Assembly (NCBI GenBank): GCA_963765765.1
Contig: CAVXYC010000019.1
Location: 346,055 to 410,054 of the forward strand
From: an uncultured Chloroflexia bacterium
Lineage (GTDB): Bacteria > Chloroflexota > UBA6077 > JACCZL01
Reading direction: 5' to 3'
Length of the DNA: 64,000 nt
Shown: in pieces, positions 44,764 to 55,649 of the stretch
How the letters are laid out: each line of letters starts with the position of its first letter
How positions within the stretch are numbered: the first letter of the stretch is position 1
Notes under the pieces: model-generated
Seen by the model: the letters and a program-made list of their open reading frames with translations, nothing else
Told to the model about the DNA's origin: nothing
The model's database searches: none
Program-made: the position numbers and the translations under genes

Positions 44764-44888
44764 AATCAGATCCCATCCTTACGCTGGGGATAGCACCGCA
44801 AGCCGCTGACGCCGGGCATCATACATCTGGTGCGCGGTCCACGGTTCTGTCTCAGCACACCTATAATCGGGCGAAGGAGGCCAGCGAT

Positions 44889-45707
44889 ATGGCTTCAATC
44901 GTGGCTGGATTCGGCGTTCCGCACAATCCGGGTAACCCCGAAGCGGTGCTCAAGGGCGCTAAGGAGATTGGTGCGCTCTACGAGAAGGTGGCCGATGAGG
45001 CGCGCAGAGCTGACCTGGACGCGCTCATTGTCTTCAGCTCAGACCACCTGAACACATTCTTCCTCGACAATCTGCCAATCTTCAGCGTGGGCATCTCAGA
45101 CCATTCGGCGGGGCCGAACGACGATACCGAGATGCCGCGCTACTCGGTGCCAGTGCATGAAGCTTTGGCCGCTCACCTGCGCTCGCATGGCCTGAGTGAG
45201 AGCTTTGATCTGGCTGTCTCTCAGGAATTTGAGCTGGACCATTCTTTTATGGTGCCGCTTCATTTCATCACGCCCGGCGTGACCGTGCCGATTGTGCCGC
45301 TCTTCATCGGGGGAATCGTGGCGCCGCTACCGAGAGCGCAACGCTGCCTGGAGCTGGGGCAGATGGCGGCGCGCGCGGTGGAAGCCTGGCCTGAGAATCT
45401 ACGAGTTGGCGTGCTGGGAAGCGGCAGCTTCTCGTTGGACATCGGCGGCAACAAGGGTGCACGAGATACATTCAACGGATTTCCGGATCCAGAATGGATG
45501 CGCATAGTCATCGAGTGCCTGGACTCGGCCGATGTGGATCGACTGGTGGACGGGGCTACCGATGCGCAGCTCGACAAGGCCGGGAACGTGGCCGGCGAGA
45601 TCCTGAATTGGGTAGCCATGCTGGGCGCCACGGGTGGGCGCAAGCCGGCCGTGCTGGAGCCACTAAAGGGGCGCGGAGAAGCGTGGGCGGCGTGGCGATG
45701 CGAGTGA
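44889..45707 (+). CDS. Class III extradiol dioxygenase beta subunit (LigB-like)
   Basis: GVPH, SDHLNTFFLDNLP, LDHSF.VP, GNVAGEILNW. Confidence 0.88.
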   Translation: MASIVAGFGVPHNPGNPEAVLKGAKEIGALYEKVADEARRADLDALIVFSSDHLNTFFLDNLPIFSVGISDHSAGPNDDTEMPRYSVPVHEALAAHLRSHGLSESFDLAVSQEFELDHSFMVPLHFITPGVTVPIVPLFIGGIVAPLPRAQRCLELGQMAARAVEAWPENLRVGVLGSGSFSLDIGGNKGARDTFNGFPDPEWMRIVIECLDSADVDRLVDGATDAQLDKAGNVAGEILNWVAMLGATGGRKPAVLEPLKGRGEAWAAWRCE

Positions 45708-45743
45708 TCCCTGAACGTTGCGCACGAAGTGTGGAGATTGCGA

Positions 45744-46010
45744 ATGAGCATCTACGCTGTTCATAAGATCTGCCACCTGGTGGACAAGGACCCCGACTTT
45801 CGCGATCGAGTGCTGGGGAGTCCGGCAGAGGCTTTAAGTGAGTTCGCCTTGACCGATGCCGAGCGAGCTGCGTTTCTTGCCGGCGATGTACGGACGCTGC
45901 ACGATCTGGGCGCCCATGGCTTTCTGCTGGGTCGGCTTGCGCGCTACGGCGCGTTTGGGCTGGATCGCAATAACTACGTCACGCGGATGAAGGGTGGTCC
46001 GGGAGAGTAA
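45744..46010 (+). CDS. LigA-like small subunit
   Basis: MSIYAVHK, DPDFR, LTDAERAAFLAGDVRTLHDLGAHGFLL. Confidence 0.8.
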   Translation: MSIYAVHKICHLVDKDPDFRDRVLGSPAEALSEFALTDAERAAFLAGDVRTLHDLGAHGFLLGRLARYGAFGLDRNNYVTRMKGGPGE

Positions 46011-46088
46011 GCCAGTAGTCTACTTGTGCTGAATGTGACAGTGCGACACTTGCAGATCGAACGCTCAACACGGGATTGAGGAGATTTT

Positions 46089-46916
46089 ATGGCGAGAGTT
46101 GTTGCCGGCTTTGGTGTGCCGCACAATCCGGCTGCGCCGGAGCTTGTGCGCAAAGGTGGGCCGGGCAGTGAGGTCAAGACACTCTATGGTGCTATCGAAG
46201 AACAGGTCCGTAGGGCTGAGCTTGACGCCCTGATCGTCTTCAGCTCAGATCATCTGAGCACGTTCTTCCTCGACAATCTGCCGATGTTCAGCGTTGGAGT
46301 GACCGCTTCTACTTCGGGGCCGAACGACGGTACGGTGATGCCACGTGTAACCGTACCGATCCGCGAGGACCTCGCTGCACACGTGCGAGAACAGGGCATT
46401 CAGGACGAGTTTGATCTGGGGGTCACCCAGGAGTTTGAGCTGGATCACTCGTTTCTCGTGCCGCTCCACTTTTTGACGCCGACAATGAACATCCCCATCG
46501 TCCCCATCTTCATCAGTGGCATCGTGAAGCCGCTGCCGCGGTCTCAGCGCTGTCACGCCCTGGGACAGTCCATCCGATCGGCCATTGAGCAATGGCCCGA
46601 GGACCTGCGCGTGGGGATTATCGGCTCGGGCAGCATCACGCTCGATATCGGTGGCGACAAGGGCAAGTCGGAAGGCATTCAGTCATATCCGGATCCGGAG
46701 TGGACCAAGGTGGTGACGGATTGCCTGGACAATGCCGATGTGGATCGCCTTGTCGCTGGAGCGACGGCAGCTCAATTAGACGCCGCCGGTAATGTTGCCG
46801 GGGAGCTTCTGAATTGGATTGCCATGCTAGGTGTCATTGGCGCCTGTAAGCCGGATGTGCTGGAGCTTCGCAACTATGGCGGCGCGGCGTTCGCATCCTG
46901 GCGCCTGGACGCGTAG
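46089..46916 (+). CDS. LigB-like extradiol dioxygenase, second copy
   Basis: Paralog of 44889 with the same metal-ligand motifs. Confidence 0.88.
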   Translation: MARVVAGFGVPHNPAAPELVRKGGPGSEVKTLYGAIEEQVRRAELDALIVFSSDHLSTFFLDNLPMFSVGVTASTSGPNDGTVMPRVTVPIREDLAAHVREQGIQDEFDLGVTQEFELDHSFLVPLHFLTPTMNIPIVPIFISGIVKPLPRSQRCHALGQSIRSAIEQWPEDLRVGIIGSGSITLDIGGDKGKSEGIQSYPDPEWTKVVTDCLDNADVDRLVAGATAAQLDAAGNVAGELLNWIAMLGVIGACKPDVLELRNYGGAAFASWRLDA

Positions 46917-46939
46917 GCAGGTGGAGACTTGATGACCTC

Positions 46940-47203
46940 ATGAGCGTCTACAACGTACTCAAGATATGCCGACAGGTTGACCGTGATCCGCTTTTCCGCG
47001 AGCGCATCCTGGGCGATCCCGCCGGCGCGATTGCCGCATTCGATTTGACCGACGAAGAGCGGTCGGCCTTTCTGTCGGGCGACGTGAAGCGCCTCCACGA
47101 TCTGGGGGCGCACGGATTCCTTCTTTCTCGCCTCGCCGCCCACGGGGTGGTGGGCCTCACTCCTCGGGACTACGCTCTCAAGCTCCGCGGGCCGATGGAG
47201 TAG
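46940..47203 (+). CDS. LigA-like small subunit, second copy
   Basis: LTDEERSAFLSGDVKRLHDLGAHGFLL. Confidence 0.8.
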   Translation: MSVYNVLKICRQVDRDPLFRERILGDPAGAIAAFDLTDEERSAFLSGDVKRLHDLGAHGFLLSRLAAHGVVGLTPRDYALKLRGPME

Positions 47204-47223
47204 GTCAATCACCTTCAAGGATT

Positions 47224-47280
47224 TCGCGACCCCTCACCCTAACCCTCTGCCAAAGGGCGAGGTTAGGGTGAGGGTCGCGA
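47224..47280. repeat. Palindromic REP-like hairpin, same family as 8289
   Basis: TCGCGACCCCTCACCCTAACC...GGTTAGGGTGAGGGTCGCGA. Confidence 0.75.
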
Positions 47281-47340
47281 GCGCCCCCGATCAAAGGCGC
47301 CCTCAACCTTTTCCAACACTCACAGCGAGGAGAAACGTAC

Positions 47341-47742
47341 ATGCCAGTCGAACGCATACAGCCAGCAGGCCTCTCACAGCCCACAATGAACGCCGGTCAG
47401 CCCAGTTATGCGCACGTGGTGAAAGCCGGCAACACCGTCTATATCTCCGGCCAGGTGGCTCGCAATGGGCAGGGAGAGATCGTTGGAATCGGCGATATCG
47501 AAGCGCAGGTCACTCAGGTGTTCGAAAATTTGAAGACTGCTATGGCGGCGGTCAATGGAGATCTCCGCAATCTGGTGAAGGTGGTGATCTACCTGACCGA
47601 TCCGCGCTTCCGCGACGCGATCCGACTGATCCAGCCACGATACCTGAGGGATGAGCTGCCGGCGAGCACGATGGTCATCGTCAAGGGCCTCGCCTCGCCG
47701 GAGTATTTGGTGGAGATTGACGCCATTGCGGTAGTGGAATAA
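47341..47742 (+). CDS. RidA/YjgF family protein
   Basis: YAHVV, YISGQ, QVFENL, PAST, LVEIDAIA. Confidence 0.92.
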   Translation: MPVERIQPAGLSQPTMNAGQPSYAHVVKAGNTVYISGQVARNGQGEIVGIGDIEAQVTQVFENLKTAMAAVNGDLRNLVKVVIYLTDPRFRDAIRLIQPRYLRDELPASTMVIVKGLASPEYLVEIDAIAVVE

Positions 47743-47794
47743 GGCCGTCAGCGTTGTGCCAAGCGTGCGTAGCAAGTAATACTCGGATCTTTCC

Positions 47795-49101
47795 TTGAGT
47801 CTGTCCCTCGCCATTATTACGAAAAATTCCGATCGGTATATCGAGCGGCTCCTGCGGGCCGGGAGAGCAGTTTGCTGACGAGCTCGTTGTAGCGGTCGAC
47901 TCAACGACGACTGACCGCACGGAGGAGGTCTGCGCTAGGTATGCCGATAGGCTCTTCCGGATCGAACCGAGCGGGCCTCCTGCGGCGCACGGCATAGCGT
48001 ACGTGGAACAAGCGCTGGCCTGGCTAAATGACCAGTGTACCTGCGACTGGATTCTCCGCCTGGATGATGACGAGCTTCCAAGCGCGGGGTTGGTCGAAGC
48101 ATTCCCGCGACTCATGCAGGAATCGGCTGATCACCCATTACTGGCTCCGACGAAGGTGGGTCGTCGGCCGAGATGAAGCGACCTGGCTGGGAGGACTTCC
48201 CTGGTGGCCGGATTGGCAGCTACGGCTCTTCCGTAATATCCCGTCAATTGTGCGCGTGCCCGGGCGACTCCATTCCAGCTATGAGATCCAGGGCGAAGCA
48301 CGCTTCGTCTACGACGGTTCCATCTACCACTATGACCTCGTGTACCACCCACTGGTACAGCGGCAACAGAAGGTCAAGCGCTATGACCGGCTATCGCAGT
48401 CCAACCGTGTTGCACAGCTCTATCTGGTCGCTGACGACCTGCCTCGCGACGATCCGCCGGACCCGATACTCCCCATACCCAGCGGGGACCCGCCCTTTCA
48501 GCCGTCGACCCAGCAGCATGACGGATTCGACGCCCAGCGTGCTTCCGAGCGGCGAGCCGAGTCCGCTTCGCTTGAGGATGTCCGCCGAGCACGCTTGTGG
48601 CGCTCCGACCTCAATGCTTACCAAAACGATCCTCAAAACTTTCGGGCAGGACTACGCGCGGTCAATTGCCCGGTCACGATGACAGTGGGCGAGATCTACT
48701 TTGTTGATGTTTGGGTAAGAAACGAGAGCCCCCTGATCTGGCCGTCTCCCGGTACCGGCATCTCCGACATGATCGTCACCTACCACTGGCATCACCGGTC
48801 AGGGGAACCGTATGACTTCCCGGAGCTCCGAACACGCGTTCCGCATACGCTGCGGTCAGGTGAGTCAACCCATATTCCCGTGCTGGTCCAGGCCCCCGTT
48901 GTGCCGGGCTGCTATCTCCTGCAGTGGGACCTGCTCATTGAGCAGGTCGCCGGGTTCTCGACGCGTGGGTGGCAATCGCCCTACTCCTCGGTCCATGTCC
49001 TGGACGACGCTTCATCCACGCTTCAGCGCGTAGCGAGTGACTTGTATGCAAAGTCGATCATGGATGAGCGATCCGCTGATTCGAGTCAGCCTGACGACTG
49101 A
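47795..49101 (+). CDS. GT2 glycosyltransferase with C-terminal Ig-like (NBR1-like) domain, frameshifted
   Basis: LAIITKNS, VAVDSTTTDRT, DWILRLDDDE, WPDWQLRLF; VRNES...YHW...APVVPG.YLLQWDL. Confidence 0.75.
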
Positions 49102-49204
49102 CCAAGACGGAAGGCGTCCAACCCCGCATTCTTAAACCTTGGCTCAGAGCCTGTTAGGTACTTTTACGTGGGGTCAAACCCGCCGAGCTGGGGGAACGAC
49201 AACC

Positions 49205-49328
49205 CGAGCCTCTCGTAGCGCGGTGGTCTTGTGCCCCGCGCAATGGAGATTCCCGGGCCTGCGGACCCGTTCGAACACTGAGATCCTGCGGCGCGCGGTG
49301 CACAAGACAGCCGCACTACGAGGACTCG
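49205..49328. repeat. GTAG-type REP doublet (inverted)
   Basis: CGTAGCGCGGTGGTCTTGTGCCCCGCGC vs GCGCGGTGCACAAGACAGCCGCACTACG. Confidence 0.7.
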
Positions 49329-49445
49329 AGATCGTGGGCACACCGGGCGCTACACCTACGAGGTCTTAATTCGACGCCAGCCACTCTGCCGTGCTTACGC
49401 AGGTCGGCTCTGGGGCTGCGGCCTGTCTGATCGAGGGGAGGGTCA

Positions 49446-50491
49446 TTACGGCTCGGCCACCTTGCGCGCGAATAGCGCTCGCTGACGCAGCAGCCGCCGC
49501 GCATCTCTCCGGGCTCCTCACGCTGAGGTACCAGTCGACCGTGCGCTGCAGCCCGGCCTGAAACGTGACGTTCGGCTCCCAGCCCAGGAGCCTTCCGCGC
49601 GAGCGCATTGTCGGCCACGCGATTCAGCGGGCCGGTCGGCATCTCCGGACGGGTCACGATCTCAGCCTGGTGCCCGACCAGGGCCAGCACCATGGCTGGC
49701 GGCATCCCGAACGCGAATCCGCTCCATGGTCCCGAGATTGACGGCGGTGCCGTCGTCGATCGTCTCGGCGGCCCGTAGTGTTCCGGTGACGATGTCGTCC
49801 ACATAGGTCCAGTTTCGGATCTGCTCGCCCGTACCCCACACCTCGAACGGGTCCTGCCGGGCAACGGCCTTCGCGATCAGGGCGATGACCGCGTGATTCT
49901 CCTTCGCGCGCGGGCCGAAGACGGTGAAGTACCGGCAGGAGGCGGCCTTCAACCCATGCTCGCGATGGTACGCTCGCAGCGTCAGCTCGCCCATGAGCTT
50001 GGCCCAACCGTACAGGTTGTCGGCATCGTACGGCGGTCGTACCAGATCCTCCGTCAGGTAGAGCTCCTCGGCGGGGTCGGTCTGCAGGTAAGTTGGGGTA
50101 GACGCAGCCAGACGAAGCGTAGACGACCTTCTCGACGCCCGCTCTGAGTGCCTCGCGAAAGACGCAGACCGTCCAGCGCGAGATTGGCGGCCGGTCCTGC
50201 CTGGCAGGTGTCGACGTAGCCGCGGCCGCCGTGATCCGCTGCCAGGTGGAAGACGACCTCCATCCCCTCAACCGCCCGGCGAGCTACTCCAGGCTCATGC
50301 AGGTCGGCTTCGACAAGCTCGATGGCTCGGTCGGCAAGGTGTCCGCGAATATGCTCGATCGAGCCGCTGCTGAGGTCGTCGACGACGCGGACCGAGGTAC
50401 CGCGCTCGACGAGCGCGTCCACCAGATGCGAGCCGATGAAGGAGGCGCCGCCAGTGACCAGGACCCGTCGCGCCTTCCACACGTCATTCAT
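49446..50491 (-). CDS. NAD-dependent nucleotide-sugar epimerase/dehydratase, frameshifted
   Basis: VTGGASFIGSH, FHLAADHGGRGY, ASSGCVY, YGWAK, VWGTGEQIRNWTYVDD. Confidence 0.85.
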
Positions 50492-51469
50492 GGCTGGCCG
50501 CCGCGTCGCGCCTGCACCGCGCGGCACAATCGCGTGAACTGCGGCTCTTCCTGCCGCGCGAGCAGATCGAGAGAACGCAGGGCGGAACGGGCGGTCTTTC
50601 CAGGCCAGGTACGCCTCGTACTCCGCGTCGTGGTGCTGCAGGTGGAGGAGATACTCGGCCAGCTCTTGCGGCCCTTGAAGTCGGCGGTGTTGATGTAGCA
50701 GTGGTCGCCCGGCGCGAACGTCTCGACGTTCGGGGCGCCGAGGTAGACCGGGCACCGCGCCGGCCACGCAGCGGATCGAAGAACTTCTCGCTCACGTAGT
50801 CCTCGGTGATGGCGTTCTCGAACGCCAGGTCGAACTTGTAGTTGGCGATGATGTCCAGCTTCGATGGTCGCCACTGATCGTCGGGGATGTCACGGTTGCG
50901 GAGGATCTTGCCGTAGGCGTGAATGTCCAGGTAGCGCATCAGCTCCGTCGCGTACTCGATCCGGCCGCTCCGATTCATGCCGCTGGAGATGAAGAGCGTG
51001 ACCAGATTCTCGGCCGGCTCTTCGGTTTCGGCGGCTTCGCATCGCCGCGATGAGGTTCGCACCGTCGATGTAGTAGGACGTGTAGGCGACGATGCACGTC
51101 CGCATCGAGCCGGTAGGTCATCGTGAGGTCGAACTGGCGCATGTACGCCGGGTCGCGCAGCTGGGGGTAGTTCGCATCGCATTCGAGCGACCACGCCACC
51201 CAGAGCTGCCCCGCCGCTTCCGAGTGCGGCGGCTCTCGGAGCGAAGGGATGTGGAACACTACCGCCGCGCGCATCATGGTAGAAGCGCCGGTCGGTGGTG
51301 AGCCGGCAGCCGTCCGGGAGCGGCACCCCGTCGGTCTCGATCGGCCTGGCCCCACATCGTGTTGTAGAAGAGGATCAGCGTTTCCCTGGTCGCTCGGCTG
51401 CCGTCTCATGAAGGGGGCGGCCGCGACGCCCAGTCGGCGCTGCAGCGCTTCGAGCGTACGCTGCAGCAT
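50488..51469 (-). CDS. Alpha-1,3/4-fucosyltransferase (GT10), frameshifted
   Basis: AVVFH, WSLE, FDLTMTYRLDAD, YKFDLAFENAITEDYVSEKF, PVYLGAPN. Confidence 0.88.
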
Positions 51470-51545
51470 GACCGGTGAGTCCGGCTGCCATCTACCGCGT
51501 CCGCCCCGGTGCAGCCGCGCCTTCGGCGATGGGGCCGATCCGGTG

Positions 51546-53050
51546 TCAGCGCGGTCCCGCGAGCGGCCACAGCTCCACGGGTACTTGCTCGTGGTGAAGC
51601 CAGCGCTCCACGCCAGGCCCCGTCCGGGTCGCGCGTCAGCCTGCACGTGACGCCGCGACGCCCCTCGATGACGAGCGTGCGCGGCCGTCACGCTCCTCGT
51701 CGACCCGCCAGGTCTGCTCCCATTCCGTCCGACCATCGCCGATCCTGCCGCCGGGCAGGAGCTGCCAGCACGCGCTCGTCAGAGCCGAGCGCCGGTAGAG
51801 GAAATAGCGCGCGCGCAGCAGCTCAGCCTCGGCCTCCGGGGCCGCCGCCACGGCCTGCTCCATGTCCACCCGACCGTCCCATAGCTCCGCGGAGCTCGCG
51901 CAGCGCTTCCAGGCAGACGGCCTCGTGCACGAAGCCGGGCACGTGCAGGTTCTTCCCCCAGGCGGTCCATCTCGCCCCGGTGCGATGGTGGAAGATGACC
52001 CGCCCGTCGAAGTCGTGCTGCAGCAGGACATCGGCGAAGTTGGTGTCTCCCGGACTCACGAGACCGGTGATCCACTCGGGCCGCGTCGGCGGCATGCTGT
52101 ACGGCTGGTCCAGCATCCGCCACGCCATGTGGAACGTCTCCTTGTCGCCGTTGACGTGGCGATAGTAGAAGTCGGAGTGCTCGTTCAGGTGCAGGGTGAG
52201 CTGGAGGGCGTCCCAGCAGCGCTCCTTGTCCAGCGACGATCTGCCCGCTCTCGAACTCCGGCTCGTCGCGGTACTCCACGCGGCAGATGTCCCAGATCTC
52301 GCGCTCACGTCCCAGGTTGCCGAGGTCAGGCCAGAAGACGGCGCCCGTCGCTCGATACTCCGGCCAGGTCAGCAGCTCGGCCGGGTCGATCAGCGGCACG
52401 TTGTCGGCGTCCAGGAGGATCACCTCCTTGAACGGGCTGTGGACGATCGCGTACGGCTTGCACTCCCAGCCCCCGGCGATGCGCATCGGATGGCGACGCT
52501 GGACCTCCTGCGCGTCGACGCACTCGACGTCGAATCGCCGTAGCAGCTCGATCATCCTCGGCGACATCTCATGCGGACCGAGGTACCAGACCTGGATCGG
52601 GCAGGCGGCAGCTCGAGGACCCGCCGCAGCACGGTCAGGCAGACCCAGGCGTTCGTGAAATGCTCAGGCCCACCGGCCACGATGACGATGCCCGCTCCCG
52701 CGAATCGGTCAGCGGGATACGGCGGCGCTGGATGCTCTTGCCTCGTCCTGCAGTCGATGATAGTGGGCGTACTGCTGGGCACGAACCACGTCGGCACGCG
52801 ACGGCGCGGATACACGGTCCCGCTGCCTGCGCAACCGAGCCGGGCTGGCTGGGTCCAGGGCTTGAGAACGCGCCTGTATCCCTCCAGGACGCGGGCCCGG
52901 TGCTCGAGCCGCTCGATGTCCGCTCGGACGCTGCTCTTGTTCGAGCAGCACCCGCCCGTGCTGCCGGAGCAGCCGATCGAGGAGCCAACCCTGTCCCGCG
53001 ACCAGGAGCCCCAGGGCAACAGACGCGCGCAGGACTCGGGACAGCCTCAT
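51546..53050 (-). CDS. GT71 (Mnn2/Mnn5-like alpha-mannosyltransferase) with N-terminal membrane anchor, frameshifted
   Basis: GIVIVAGG, LPIQVWY, KPYAIVHSPFKEVILLDADN, GAVFWPD, EFESGQ, GDKETF. Confidence 0.85.
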
Positions 53051-54313
53051 GGCCCACAACTGCGCACCGGGCGCTGCCGAGCGATCGCGGGACAGGAACC
53101 AGGAGGCGGCGAGCCGCACGGACTCGTCGCCGTCGCGGCAGAGCCGTCTCAGCACGAGCCTGACTCTGGGGATCTGAGCGAATGTCGGTCGTCGGCCTGG
53201 GCCAGGACCCGCGCGACGTAGGCGCGGTCAAAGGCCCTTGGGCTGCGCGACTGCCCGATCACTCTCTGCGACCGTCTCGTCCAGCGATCGTGGTCCGGTC
53301 ACACGCCAGCCCGCGATCTCCGGCGGCTGCCTCTTCACCGCCAGGCAATTGATGACGCTCTGGGGCTCGAGCTCGCCAGGCTGCACCGGGATGAGTCGCC
53401 CCGGCTCGACGCTGTAGCTGGTATATCCGTACCGATCGAGCGCGGCCTGGAGATCAGCCGCGCGTATCGCCGAAGAACTGCAGCGTGTGCGTGTTCGACT
53501 CGTAGAGCACGATCGGCGCGTTGGGGCCGGATAGCAGTCCGGCCATACCGCGAATGGCGGCCAGCTCGGCGCCTTCGACGTCCAGCTTCACGGCGTCCAC
53601 CCGGTCCCATCCCAGCCGGCCGAGCAGCCCGTCCACCGTCAGGGCGGGGACGGCGATCGGGTGCCAGCGTCCGCGCCTGGATCATCGCGGGCGAGTCTAT
53701 GACAGATCGATTCGCGATGGTGCCCCACGGGCCGTTGGCGAGGAACTCGATGCTCCCCTCGAGATCGGTGACCGCGCCGTGCACGACGTGCAGCGAGTCG
53801 AAGCGGTTCCGGGCGGCACTCGCCTCCAGAAGGCGGACATGGCGCGGCGCGGCCTCGACACATAGCGACACGGCACCCGAGCGCGGCGGCGGCGAGCGCA
53901 AACGTGCCGACGTGGCCGCCAAGGTCCAGAACCGTGTCGCCCGGCCGCAGAGCGTCGAGCAGCACGTAGTAATCGTCGAGGAACCAGGACTCGCCCGTCA
54001 CGATGGCGTCGGTGATGGGATCCATCCACCGTGGGTCGAGGGCGACCTCGAACGTGATGCCGTTCCTGAGGGTTACCGTCCGAAACACCAGCGCGTCTTC
54101 TGGCAGTGCCTTCCGGCACAGGACGAGGATCAAGCACCCCGGTCCCCAGGCTAGATCGTTCAGTGCGCGGTCTACACGAGCCAGGCGGCTGTGGAGGTCA
54201 GCGTAGACTTGCACAGTTCCGTCGTGCCGGCGGAGCAGCCAGTACGCCAGCCCAGACTGGACGATCGCCAGTGCCCACGGAGCGACGCGGATCGCCGTGG
54301 CGGCTAGTCCCAT
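53047..54313 (-). CDS. FkbM-family methyltransferase with N-terminal TM, frameshifted
   Basis: LDLGGHVGTF, VEAAP, TVDGL, VKLDVEGAELAAIRG. Confidence 0.85.
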
Positions 54314-55142
54314 CGTCTCTCACCTCCGCGATCCATTGATCTCGCGGTCACGTCACCTGGGCCCTGAGGCTGGGCAGGCTCCTCTTGAGTCTTACTGCTC
54401 AGCAGGTCGCGTTGAAGCTCGCGATAGAACTCCAGCGCCCACGCCGGGAGGAGCGCCTCCGGACCACCCTCGAAAAGGGGGCGACGGGCCAGGTAGTCCT
54501 CGAGCGCCTCGCCGTTGCCCTGGTGCGTCCAGGTGTGTCCGCGGTCGCGGCTGGCGCCCCGATGACGCACCGCCAGGAAGAGCTCCGGGGCGCGCACGGG
54601 CAGCACCGTCGCCGCCGCGTCTCAGCTGGTCGAGCAGATACCAGACGTCCTCGTCGAACCGTACGGGCCGGAATGGCCGCGCCTCCCAGTCCTCGCGGGC
54701 AAAGAGGAGCGTCGCGCCGGGGGCGTTTACGTCGATCGACCGGCGAACCTCCCAGCGGGCCACGTCGAAAAACAGGAATGGCATCAAGAACGCGAGCGTC
54801 GGCCGGCAGACCTGCTGGCGGTTCGCCACCACCGAGTCGATCATCGTTTCCAGGAAGCGCGGCGCGTACCAGTCGTCGTCGTCCATCTTCTGGCAGAGCG
54901 GGCCGCGCGCCGATCTCCACGCCCCGATTGAGCTTGGTGCCGAGCGGGGTTCCGGGCGCCAGACGAACGAGGCGGCCACCGAGTGCCGCGACGGTCGGCT
55001 CGTCGACTGGGAACTCGTCACCGTCGTCGACGACGATGAGCTCACGGTGCGGGTAGGTCTGGTGCGCATAGCATCTGAGCGCGACCGCCAGGAAACGCGG
55101 CCGATCTCGGGTGGTGAGGATGACGGACACCGGCGGAGCCAC
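54304..55142 (-). CDS. GT2 glycosyltransferase, frameshifted
   Basis: VSVILTTRDR, QTYPHRELIVVDDG, LGTKLN, MDDDDWY, ED, RHRG..HTW. Confidence 0.85.
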
Positions 55143-55260
55143 CCAAAGCGTCGGTCACCAGTAGTGCTCGATAGGCGAAGTGATCGAGCGCCGTCCCGGC
55201 ACCTTCGCATCGCCGGGGCGGCGCTCGTGTCACTTCAGCCAAGGATCAGAGCTTACCGCG

Positions 55261-55571
55261 CTAGTTGATACTGTTAAGGCCGACGCAAATGACTTCGCCG
55301 CTATTCATACCGATGGTGTGCCGCCCTGCGCCGATGCAACTCGCGCAGTCTGAGACACACTGTCCGAATTCCCGTCCCTGAAGACGATCTCACGAACTGG
55401 TGGCAGACACTCCTGACAGATTGCTGGTGTGATCTGCGCGTCGGCGCTTCGGCCGGTGAAGACACTCGCCAACGCGGCACCCGCCGCCCCCGCGGCGAAT
55501 CGCTTCAGCGCCGAGCGCCGCGACACGCCACTGGCCAGGGCCTTGGCCAGCTCGTCAAACTGCTTGCCCAT
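55261..55571 (-). CDS. Tat-signal Cys-rich small secreted peptide, frameshifts ~55400
   Basis: GAGGAG RBS; MGKQFDELAKALASGVSRRSALK...ADA, then ICQE.CHQF...GQCVSDCASC...VICVGLNSIN*. Confidence 0.7.
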
Positions 55572-55649
55572 TAATCAGCTCCTCTCTCTCACTGGCTGAC
55601 ACGTCGAGCTTCGCCATCCGAAGGCTCCGAACCCGCGCAGCATAGCACC

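Noticed and set aside
49140-49170. AGAGCCTGTTAG resembling an IS5-family end
   Set aside because: No matching second end or transposase found
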